A stretch of DNA of 64,000 bases, from positions 30,820,437 to 30,884,436 of the forward strand of contig NC_092672.1 of NCBI RefSeq assembly GCF_964355755.1, read 5' to 3'. The notes beneath the pieces were generated by a model that was not told where the DNA came from, did not search any database, and was given only the letters and a program-made list of their open reading frames with translations. The position numbers were made by a program, and so were the translations under genes. This DNA comes from Antedon mediterranea (Eukaryota; Animalia; Echinodermata). This document shows positions 52,855-64,000 of the stretch, piece by piece. Position 1 is the stretch's first letter, and every line of letters begins with the position of its first letter.

Positions 52855-55800
52855 ATGAAGACCTCACAGATGTCGGCAGTAGACTATATCAATGATAGTT
52901 TTCCTGATAATGTTTCTACTAGTCTTCCAAAAGGTTTTAATTCTCAAATTATGGTACATATAGAAGGTCACAAAGTCAGTGCATTAATTGATACCTGCGC
53001 TCATATTTCATTAATTTCTAACAAGTTTCGCAAAAATAACAAGTTTCTGAAATCAAGAAGTATAGAAAAGGTACTTACACAAGCAAAAGCAGTTGATGGA
53101 AGTCCATTAGATATTTTAGGCCGTGTTCGTATTAATTTTTACATTGGAAAACCCCATTATACCATGATTTTCATGTCCTAAATAGCATGGACAGACCGCT
53201 AATCTTAGGATGGGATTTTCTTATTGCTAATGGCGCAAGAATTGATCTACAACATGGAATAATTGAGATTTCTAATTGTACTGTACCATTTAACACTCAT
53301 AGTCAAATCGCTTTGCATACTTGTAATGTTCTTTTACCAAGAGATTTAATTGTTCCAGCAGGTGTTGAAATGACAGTTAATGCGAAAGTCACATCTCCAG
53401 AATATTCTTCTACACCGCATGGGTATGAGGGTGTGATGGAACCCGATATAAATATTCCCATAATTTGTGGTAGAACTGTTGCAGTTGTTGATAATAGAAC
53501 AATACCGATTTTGGTAATGAACCCTACTCATGACGATATTAAATTGACCAGAAATACGCCACTTGGCCAGTTTTATTCAGCTTGTGATAGAAAGGAGGAT
53601 GAGTTTTATATTAGTGATATCCAGACATTTCATTCTACTCAATCAAGTAATTTACTTTCACCATCTAAAACATTTTCTTTTGAAATTCTTTCCAAAAATT
53701 TAAGCAAGAAAGAAGCTGATGAAGTCCATCAATTACTTGATAACTACCATGATATCTTTAGTACAACTAAGCAAGACTATGGTCGCACTGATCTAATACA
53801 ACATACTATAAATACTGAAAACGAGAGACCTATTAAACAACGTGCATATAGAACATCTCCTAAGATGAGAGAAGAGATCAGACGACAATGCGACGAGTTA
53901 CTGGAACAAGATATTATTGAGAGAAGCCAAAGTCCATGGAGTTCTCCCATTGTTATGGTTCGGAAGAAAGATAACACTTTCAAGTTCTGTGTCGACTATA
54001 GAAAGCTAAATATGAAAACTATATCTGATTCTCATCCTTTGCCCCGAATTGATGACACTATTGATGCTTTAGCAGGAAATGTATATTTTAGCACTATGGA
54101 TTTATCCTCAGGATATTGGCAAATACCTATGGATCAGAATGATAAACAGAAAACAGCATTTACAACTGGTGACTCGCTGTACCAATTTAAAGTCATGCCA
54201 ATGGGACTTAAAAATGCACCGTCCACATTCCAAGGGAGTGAGTGGCCGAGCGGTTAAGACAGTGGAACCGTAATTACATAACCATAACATCGGCAAGGGT
54301 TTGAGACTCACTCGCTCCATGCTTCTGGTGGTAGAACGAGTCTTCTCGGATAAGGACTATAAACCGTAGGTCCAGTGTACACATAGCTCATGCGCACTTT
54401 AAAAAACCTAGTACATCTTTCGAGACGAGTAGGGGGTTACCCCGGTGTACTAGTCCACACAAACACAGCCACTGTGCAAATTGGGACTGGACCGTTTTAG
54501 AGGTGTTTACCACCTGTTGGTTCAGATCCTTCACTAACTGAGTTAGTGAGAAGTCGAATAAATAAAAAAACGCTTAATGGAATATGTTCTCCATGGTTTG
54601 CAATGGAGCAGAGTTTTAGTGTACTTAGACGACATAATTGTTTTTGGTCGCACCTTTGAGCAGAAATTAGCTAACTTAAAGGAAGTTTTCGAGAGAATTA
54701 GAACAGCTGGATTAAAGTTACGCCCTAACAAGTGTAATTTTTTTCAAGATCGTGTTACCTTTTTAGGTCATGTCGTTTCGAAAGATGGTGTTGATCCGGA
54801 TCCTACTAACCTTGAAAAAGTAAAGAACTGGCCCACTCCCAGAAATGTTACCCAAATTAGAGGATTTATTCGTCTTTGTTCATACTACAGAAGATTTATT
54901 AAAAACTTTGCCATCATTGTTCATCCATTACAAAAACTTACTCATAAAGGTGTCAAGTTCCTCTGGTGTGACGAGTGTGAGAATGCTTTAATGTTGATTA
55001 ACCCTCCTATAGTTGGTTATCCAAATTTTGACCTACAATTTCAACTTTTCACAGATGCATCTGAGTTTTCAGTTGGTTCTGTTTTAACACAGGTTCAAGA
55101 GGGCAAAGAACGAGTCATAGCATATGCTAGCCTTGCATTGAGCAAGAATGAACGCAAATGGTCAACTTTTGATAGAGAGTTATACGCCATTGTCTGGAGC
55201 GTACGTCACTTCAGGCACTATCTGAAAGGTAACCATTTTCTTATTGTCACAGACCATAAGCCTCTAGTCGGTTTGCATGGATTACATATTGAAGATGACA
55301 TTACAGGTCGTCCCACAAGATGGATTGTTGAACTTGATATGTTTGATTGGAACATTGTATATAAACCAGGAAAAATACATCAAAACGCTGACTCATTATC
55401 TCGCAGACCTAACCTTGAGAATAGTGATGATGTTCCTGTTACGAAACCTCAAGAAAACATTACAAATATTGATGAGACAGTTCTGAATAGTAGTGAAGAA
55501 ACCTCTAATCAGTTACAGAACATTGAAGCAATCACTTCGTCAGATGGTCTTTCGCTTGCTCAACGCGATCGTTTGATTCATGAACAGAATATGGATCCAG
55601 AAATAAGGGAATTTAATTTGAAGTATGTGTACAATCTGGCAGAAAACCTCACTTTGCAGAAAAATCTCGAAATTTTAAGAGATTGTGTCGTCAGTTTTAT
55701 CGATGTCATATCGTTGATGATTTGTTAGTTCGTATTGTCCATGATTGTCGAAAGGGAAACATTGTACAATCTGTTATTCCCAGTTCCTTACAACAAGAGG

Positions 55801-56954
55801 TGTTAACATTACATCATGGTCCGAATTCAGGTCATTATAATGCGTAAAAAACTTTAGACCTTATCTCTACAAACTATTATTGGCCTTATATAGCACGAGA
55901 TGTTAAGAAATTTTGCTTACAGTGTCTTGCTTGCCAGGCAAGGCGTAAACCAGTCCCTGGTTTACGTGCTCCAATGAGTAGTGTGTCAGCAAGTCGCCCA
56001 TTTGATAGAATTGCTGCTGACATTACAGAACTACCAATGTCAAATAGAAGTAATAGATACGTCCTAGTCATCGGTGATTATTTCACAAAGTATATATCAC
56101 TTTACGCTATTCCCAATCAGACAGCAGCCACTGTTGCTAAGTGTATATGTGAAGATTTTATAAAGCGTCATGGTGTTCCTGTATCACTTCACGCCGATCA
56201 GGGTGCGCAGTTTGAATCTAATCTGTGAAAAGAAATCTGCAAATTCCCTGGTATTACCAAAACTAAGACCACCCCGTACCACCCACAATCCGATGGGATG
56301 ATAGAAAGATTCAATAGGACCATGAAAGACCAATTGGCCAAGCAACTATATAATGAAGGCAGTGATTGGGACAACTTACTTAGTCAAATTGAATTGCACT
56401 ACAATGCTATTATTCACGAAACTACTGGATATAGCCCATTTTACCTTGTTCATGGACGAGAACCTCGATTGGCGAGCAGTGTCTTATATGAGACAAATGA
56501 ATCTACTACTACGCAGACCACTCAGGGATACGTAGCAAATTTAGTTCAACGTATTAGAAAAGCATCTAAAATAGCAAATGACAAAATATCAACACAGAAG
56601 GACAAACAAAAACAATATTATGATCACAAACAAAGGTTTGAACCATACATTACGGGTGATAAGGTTTGGTTAGACGATCCCGTCAACAGTTGAAATAAGT
56701 TAAGCCCACGATGGAAAGGTCCCTATACAGTCATACAGGTCAACAACGATGGTGTGGTATATAATTTGCAAGATCAAGCTGGTAAAGAGTATGCCAGACG
56801 AGTCCATTTTAACCGGCTTAAACCATACATCCAACCATCACAAGAAGAGAATTTACCTCATATTCAACAGGATACCAAACAAATGCATCGCTCTGTTCCT
56901 GAAACCACAAGATGTGGTAGAGTTGTTAAATTACCGAAATGTTTTTTAGAGTAA
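52855..56954 (+). pseudogene. pol: Gypsy pol (protease, RT, RNase H, integrase), disrupted
   Basis: ALIDTCA (protease DTG altered), SPWSSPIVMVRKKD, CVDYRKLN, YLDD, FTDAS, TDHKPL, NADSLSR, HHCC region, HADQGAQFES, IERFNRT, GPY. In-frame stops, frameshifts and a SINE insertion. Confidence 0.95.
54234..54570 (+). mobile_element. tRNA-derived Deu/Nin-domain SINE inserted in the Gypsy RT
   Basis: A box TGGCCGAGCGG, B-box-like GGTTTGAGAC, CTCGGATAAGGACTATAAACCGTAGGTCC...GAGTAGGGGGTTACCCCGGTGT, A tail. Excision restores NAPSTFQ|RLMEYVL. Confidence 0.92.
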
Positions 56955-59776
56955 CGGTTACTCTACAGTTTTATTTATTTATTTGCTTATTTCTTTATTC
57001 ATTTTTTTTTTGCGGATGCAGATAAGAACAAGATATGCGCAGAGGGTATGATTTTGCCGTGCGCGCGCGTAATTTATTTTTTGCACAAGTGTTTGTTAAA
57101 GTAGAATAGATTTGTTTTATCCATGTTTTTAGCTAGTGGTTGGGGGCCTCCTTCTGTTCCTGTTCAGTCATCGATCTACATTTACAGTCAAATATGTTTT
57201 CATCAGCCTGATTATTCCAGAATATTTCGATATTGTTTATTGTGTTTTATTGATTATGTTTGAAGATGGCCTGTACTGTATGCTGTTCATACAGTATGTA
57301 TGTGTATGTTTTATTGATTGTCAGTTTATAAGGTACGCTGTTCGTATGTTATTTAGACAGAGAATGAGTTTGAATGAATGTTTTGTTTCGTATGCAGTTC
57401 ATATGTTGCAGGTAGAGGGGCTGATGTACGCTTTTCGTATATTATGTTGTTAGAGTTTTATTTTTATTGTGGCAGAGAGTGAAACATTTTTTTTTGGAGA
57501 ATGTAGAATTGGTGGAGAGAATTTTATTTTAGATTGAGACCAATCAGATGTTACCAAGTAACCTACCAATCAAGTTAACAAGTTACCAATCACCAAACTT
57601 ACCAAACACGTTTACCAATTACCAATCCTTTGACACAGATGTCCACTTGATGTTATTTAATATACAATTGCTACAATAACCTATATCAAACTATTCATAA
57701 TATGGATTTCTAAATACCTGTACTAATTTAATGTTCCGAATAATACCGTAATTATTCTATAATTTGAAGAAGTGGGACACTTCTCAGTGAGAGGGGGAAT
57801 AATGTGACCCTCCAAATATACTAGACATAACGTCCGATAGAGGGCGGCAGAGAGAAAAAGAATATAAGACGGGGCACATGTGTAGATATAAAAGGAGTGA
57901 GAGTAAAACATCAAAAAACCACTATACATAGTTGAAGTGTGTATTTTCATTATTATTGGAGTCCGGAACATAACAAATATCAAGTATATATGTTATAGAG
58001 GTATGAATAATTATTTTTGTTTATTGTTTTGAAACATATTATTCCACTCATGACAATATTTACCAATGTAAATTTCATATTGATAACCCTATTTTTACAT
58101 GACATTACTATGGCTTAAATAATAATAAAAACATTATTAGGTCCATAATGTGCCATTATATCACAGAAAGAAAAATGAAATAACACATTTTAAACAACCT
58201 TTTTACAGTATTTTATTTTTGAAATAGCAGTGAAACTATAACAATATTAAAATGATAACGTTACAAAATTATTAATTATAATTAATAATACTTAATTAAT
58301 TACCGTACAAAAAAATGTTTTATCAAGTCAATAAAATTTCAAATCATATTGTATAGTAGGCCTATTATACAATTTAATACACATTTTCATAAATATGTCA
58401 ATCTTCACTGCGTGTAGTGTGGGTCTCTATTCAGCCAGATTGTGTCTGGAGGGAGAAGGGGTGAAGGTGATATGTATTACAAGGCCATGGTTACAAACAA
58501 AAATACTATAGGCCTACAAAAGTTGCAAAACTAAATTAAACCCCATGTTTCTTCAAATCAATTTTGTTATTTGATGATTCGATGTGAATAATTAGATAAT
58601 TCTACAAAAGAATATAAAACAATAAATTTCATAATATGTTTTTTATACAGAAATAACTACTATAATAATATTATACAACTTTAGACTAAGTTACTAATTA
58701 AATGTTTGTCTCATTCAGTTCTGAATTTAAGAAATTGGTTATTTAGAACATGTCATTTTATATACTATTGTAGTCAATATCTTAATCTAAAATATGATGT
58801 CATCTATTTGTTGTGATGACGTCATGACAAGGCTGCTTGTCAACAAGCAGTCAGTTGATAAAGATAGATATCAAAACGCTCGAGTAATACAATACGTTTT
58901 ATATTATAGCTTGTTCAAACAAGAAATTATCATCTATAAAAGCTAACTAAAATTCTATGATAATAATACACTTCTATTTATAGGCCTACTAGTCAAATAC
59001 AAAGCAAACGAAAAACAACTATTGTAATTTACAAACATTATTATCAAGGTATTATGATCAATACTACTGTACTGATTGTATTAACCATTATCAAAGTATG
59101 GCAAAAATGTGCTGATAATAATTATAATAATTATAATAGGAATAACCATAGTTGCTTGTGATAAGTAACAATGTTAATTACTTTTCAGCAAGAAAAAGAG
59201 AACTTACTTAATCATCTACAGTATAGGCTAACTAAAATATAGATAACGGGTTAATGATTATTAAAACATATTCAGTCTTATTTAGCATTCTGCTACTGAT
59301 CGTTTTAATTCTATCAAATAATATACATATGAAAATACTAACATGAATGATAATTAATTAATAAGTAAAACTACAATTACATATGTAATTTTAATATATT
59401 GATTTAAAAGTTTTGAAATGAGAGTTAAAAAAAGAATAATTCTTCGACAGACAAGATAAATTAGAATCAATTAATCATGAATTATTTTTTAAAGGTGTTT
59501 ACAGATGTAGAAATATAGAGTTTGTTTGTTGAAGGTAAAGTACGAGACAAATTATGGTAAACGTGAGACACCATGATGTCTGTCGCTGATTAAAGTGCGT
59601 TTCTCAATATAGCTTGGTTTCTAGGACGCAACGCGGCAACGCAAGCCAGTTGGCCAATGACACGCGACAATTCGAATAACCTTCCGCCTGTGATTGTTGA
59701 ATTACATTCATGCACATACATTCTTGCTTTGTGACTTAGTAGAAACCAAGCATTTCGCTCTGGTATCTCATTCATT

Positions 59777-60312
59777 TCAGCATTTCGTTGGGTGGTTTGT
59801 ATTCCTCCGTTTCCGTTCCAAAGTGTTGGCACCACCTCGTATCCCGTTCTCCTTCAGAAGTTTGATAAATTGTTGCAACTCATCTTCATTTAGGATACCA
59901 CTTTCTTCAAGATCTAATATCACAGTCCACTCATTTCCACTTCCATTTAATAGAGCAATGAGCTTTCTTACATCACTTTCAGAAAGTGAATTACCGAACT
60001 GCATCAGTGATTGACGATACGACGAGAAAGATGTTACACGATGGTCTGTGTTATCATATATGTCTTGCAAGTGTTTGCTGACCCTCAGAACACCATGGGT
60101 ACCAGTGACATTAATCGTGTCGACAAGAATCTTTGTGTTGGTAGCAGAAAGATGGCCCCCGTTTTCCAGTTGTGTGAACAGATCCATTGTGCCGTTAGCT
60201 TCTCGTAGAGCGCTGACAGATGGTATTTTGTCTTTGTACAACACCCTCAACTGATCAGTATAATTTCTTTTATCATACCATTTCGAACTAGATCTCAAAA
60301 TTGCAAAAAAAA
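59777..60312 (-). CDS. Tandem DED-like exon (type A, paralog of 32091-31584)
   Basis: SKWYDKR..LRVLYKD..MDLFTQLENGGHLSATNTKILVDTI..FSSYRQSLMQFGNSLSESDV..WTVILDLEESG aligns by eye with the 32-kb exon. A phase-1 acceptor TTCTTTTTGCAG precedes 60312; the start exon was not securely located. Confidence 0.78.
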
Positions 60313-61115
60313 CTGCAAAAAGAACATTTGATTGTTATTCAATATTATGTATCTATAAACAGTATCTGTCTATCATTTCAGTTGCTAATTTGGAAGGTTC
60401 ATAATGATTTGTGTGGTACCAGTTATTAGGGGCAAAGAATCAATGATTGGTCATTTCGGGCGGGTATTTGGAGTACGCTGTAGCCTACAAAACGGTTATA
60501 TGAAACCCTTTATGTTTAACTTAAAGTGGAGCTCCACCCAGAAAATTACTATTTTTCATACATTTCAACTATTATTTAAAAATATCATCCTTTATACTTC
60601 ATATTTTTTTGAAATTTTTTTCAATGAGTACGATTTTCTTGAAAATCACGCCTTTTTGCGTTTTGGAGGGATACCTTGTAATTTCCTATTCTTTTACATG
60701 CAAAAGGGGGGTATATTTGAATAATCCTAAAAAATTCATTTCTTCACCAAAAAAAAAAGTAAAATGTTTATTTATGTAATTTTTCCAGATCTTTCTATTT
60801 CTGGTATTTTTATCACGTATACATTGCGCAATTTTGCGTAAATAGACACTTTCCCCCGTTCGGGTCCAATTGGGTTTTTTATTTTGCTAGGGAGTACGAT
60901 CTCGTGAAATTTTTCACAATCACACTACTGCAGCTGGCGATCTATTATTTTGTCGCGATGTTATTTTTGACGGGCGAAAAGTATAGGCCTATTAAAACAT
61001 TCTGAATGTGACCCTATTATGTTTCACAGTGTAATAATGTGATTATGAGACTATTACTAAAATGTCAAATTTAACGAGATTTGAGAAAGATGTGGCTATA
61101 TATTCAATAAAGCTT

Positions 61116-61175
61116 TGACTGAAAAGGTCACCCAGTATAAAGATAAAACAAACAAACAAACAAACAAACAAAGCT
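61116..61175 (+). mobile_element. Extremely 5'-truncated retroposon tail with (AAAC)n
   Basis: Absent from Kolobok copy 1; AAAGCT on both sides; TGACTGAAAAGGTCACCCAGTATAAA resembles 6969-6994. Confidence 0.7.
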
Positions 61176-61236
61176 AGGCCTAGGCCTACTAGAGTGTAGG
61201 TATGTACCGATGCTGCTTAGTGGCTTGGCCTCTAGC

Positions 61237-62829
61237 GGTTTACGATGAAATCGGTCGCGTCTGAAATCGGTCGCGTCTGAAATCGGTCGCGATAAAATCA
61301 ACTTCCGGTATTTTGTATGGCGCGCCGCTAGAGCTATATTTAATTGATATTTTTTAGGAACTAGATTATTTATGTGGATATTTTTTACTTGGTTAATAAA
61401 TATTTATTATCAATCATTAAATTATTTTTTTTTTTTTGTATTTCACAGGTCTCGGAGAAGGACTGTGTCTTTTCAAAATGGCCATTTCTAAAACACGTTT
61501 AAATATTATATTAGGCATAATGTTATATTAGGCATATAATAATTTACCTCTATTTATATGTAATTAATATATTATTATATAGAGAATATACGTCTGTCGT
61601 GTCTTTTATTATGCAAACAATTACGTAAAAGAGAACAATTTATTTAAAAACAATAATTTTTACAATATAGCCCGTAAAGCCAGCGTATCCATTTTTATAC
61701 TTATGCATACTGTGGCAGATTATATCATATCCATGTCGTTAACAACATACTATTCGATCACCTTATTTTATTTCTATTTTATTTCTATCCGTTATGTAGG
61801 ATAATATTAAGTGTATAATGATTATAGGTCTTTTGTTATTTAAACTTTGACCCTTGGCTTGTGTTATTTAATTAGTTGTTTTTTTTTAAATTTTATTCAT
61901 TGGACTTGATAATGACTCCATGATGGAGTCGAAACATCGTTCTTTTTTTAAGCGTTATTTTTCTATTATGTATTTATATTGATTATTGTTGAGGCAAATC
62001 ATGTGTATATTTTTATTTCTAATGTTTCAAATAGTTTTTAGTAAAATGATCATTATATGCGGATGGTTAAAAGGCGAGTTACTGAAATAAACCCCGAATA
62101 AGCCAAGCCATATTGTGGAGATGCGCCTTCTATGATCGTGCAGCTGTTTCCCCTAACAATACTTTGCTGACGGGGTTTCCCCATTTTTAAAAAACATGCA
62201 CTTGTTAGTGTTAAATCATGGAAAAACATGTACGATCGTTGTCCATGGCGAGGTAAAGATGACGTCTATTACTAATAACCATACGTTTGAAATGTCTATA
62301 GGCCTCCTGCATGTGTTTTTGTGAAACGATCCAATGAGCTATAGATGCTCGACGCGATTATGAGATCATGTTCATTCATTCATCCATTCTTTATTTATCC
62401 TTTAAAATCGAAATACATTTAAAACGTAGGTTACAAAATCAAGACACGTGGAAATCTAAGGAGGCAAGGATAAGCAAAAGCAATTAAAATTGCTGTAGCT
62501 CACAGGTGCTTATCCATAATACGAATAATACACTGTTTCTATAATTTGACAGTATGATTTATATATAATTTACGTATACCGTATACGTCGGCGATAGGCC
62601 TACTATAGATGTAATTTGAATATCTTTTATTTCTTCATTTATAATAATCATCCCGCTCGATCCATACAAAATAGCGCGACCGATTTCAAACGCGACCGAT
62701 TTCAAATGCGACCGATATCATCAAAAGTATAGCTCTAGCGGCGCGCCATACAAAATACCGGAAGTTGATTTTATCGCGACCGATTTCAAACGCGACCGAT
62801 TTCAAGCGCGACCGATTTCATCTGACACC
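61237..62829. mobile_element. TIR element with tandem subterminal motifs (MULE/Merlin-like), nested in Kolobok copy 2
   Basis: 8-bp TSD CCTCTAGC (61229-61236, 62830-62837); ~100-bp TIRs begin GG and contain repeated GAAATCGGTCGCG; empty site in copy 1 (~2980). Confidence 0.85.
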
Positions 62830-64000
62830 CCTCTAGCTAGGCTAGGCTGACAGCAGTGAAGTTTGTTTTGCTGTCACCCGACCTTGGCCTACCCATGGGC
62901 CATGATAGGGTGCCTGAATAGTTGCTTTTCAGTCAGGTCTAAGCTTGCACATCGCTTTACTATTCTTAACTACTTTTGTTCTGTATAGGATTTTGTGTTT
63001 CACAATTCTTAATATGCGAGAAAACCCAGGAACGATAAATGGGGCGAAACGACCATGCCTATGAATACATAGGCCTCTAGACAAAAATTCAAGGCTAGCT
63101 AGACTGAGCAGACGGCTTAGCTAGGCCTAGCCCTAGCTTAAAGTTAAAAGCAATCTGATAAGATTATAATGCTGTTGTTGTACAGTGAAAATCATGAGGT
63201 TACATGTAAATTATACTGACATTCTTATCGGAAATATTACTTAGGCCTAAACAAATCGTATTAATTGTGTGTATAAAATGTATTCCCCATTTTTCGACAC
63301 ATAATTTACCAAAGGTAAGAAATTTCCACAATGCGTTGACCAGCGACTAAAACGCGTCAGTCGCTAAGTGTAACGCGTTTCGCGACGTATTGTAAACTAA
63401 TAACCCCTAAGTTACTGAAAAACTGTAATTTGTTAAAAAACACTATTTTCTGACCGATTTTTTAGAAATGAGTTTTTGGAAAATGTTTCCGTATTTTTCC
63501 TGGTTTTTTTTTTATGTAATCACTTTCAATTAAACATACTTAAACATAATATAAGCTGAGAAAGTCTGAGTGTAGCTCCACTTTAATTTAAAGAGGGGAC
63601 ATTTAACAAACGTATTTTATATTGGACTGATTAATTTAAGATTGCATAATTTGCTAGTTACTAAGTTATCATCATAGAGGAAAATCGAATTAGAAAATCT
63701 GAAAATGTTAAATAAATTCATATCTAACAGTCGAGCAGCAAAGTGCTCATTTAACCGTTAAAACGCTGTTTTTTAACTGCGCAGGTCACTGAGCATCGCC
63801 AAGTTATAGTGACTTCCGGTTCGCTTTTCACTTCGCGGCAAGCATTTTGCATGGGAATACCCTTACAAATCTGCTGCAATTTCCACCATCCGGGTTAAAT
63901 TATATCTTTCTATATTTGGAAATTGTTACTCCTAATATGGAAGATTATTCCCGCCACAAAATTTTGGTATAAATAGCCCAGGAAAGGACGACAGAGCTTA

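Larger units (their letters stand above)
50836..57997 (+). mobile_element. Full-length decayed Gypsy/Ty3 LTR retrotransposon
   Basis: LTRs 50836-51141 and 57803-57997; TSD GAGG (50832-50835, 57998-58001); PBS TGGTGTCGTGACCAG (tRNA-His type) at 51143-51157; PPT GAGAGGGGGAATAA; order gag-PR-RT-RH-IN. Confidence 0.96.
60525..63582. mobile_element. Kolobok-like element copy 2 (inverted relative to copy 1)
   Basis: TTAA at 60521-60524 and 63583-63586; the body is the reverse complement of 977-3623 apart from the nested inserts. Confidence 0.9.

Noticed and set aside
60404-60724. 106-aa ORF (and 3306-3539)
   Set aside because: Runs through the non-coding Kolobok-like terminus; no transposase similarity.
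61247-61295. CRISPR-like short direct repeats (GAAATCGGTCGCG)
   Set aside because: No spacers; these are subterminal motifs of a TIR transposon in a eukaryotic genome.

Overview
AT-rich, repeat-dense animal genomic DNA, probably from an invertebrate deuterostome (Deu/Nin-type SINEs and an expanded tandem-DED family point to an echinoderm such as a crinoid; this is inference). The host content is a minus-strand cluster of intron-containing genes built on a ~170-aa tandem death-effector-domain (DED-DED)-like exon. It has three open copies (60312-59777, 45583-45073, 32091-31584), two decayed copies (~28.7/25.0 kb and ~24.2 kb) and the start exon of a further gene running off the left edge. One copy splices by hand into a complete 281-aa protein: DED-DED, Pro/Thr stalk, two C-terminal hydrophobic helices. 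The rest is layered mobile DNA. It includes a 365-bp tandem repeat carrying an intact tRNA-like cloverleaf (anticodon ATC) tied to (TA)n tracts, and Penelope-like remnants with hammerhead ribozymes. It also includes a TRIM-like LTR element, a decayed full-length Gypsy, a 5'-truncated L1/Tx1 LINE, 5S+tRNA hybrid and tRNA-Deu SINEs, head-to-tail Helitron dimers, Helentron-like elements, two Kolobok-like elements each with a nested TIR element, and MITEs. All domain calls come from motif recognition by eye, not from searches.
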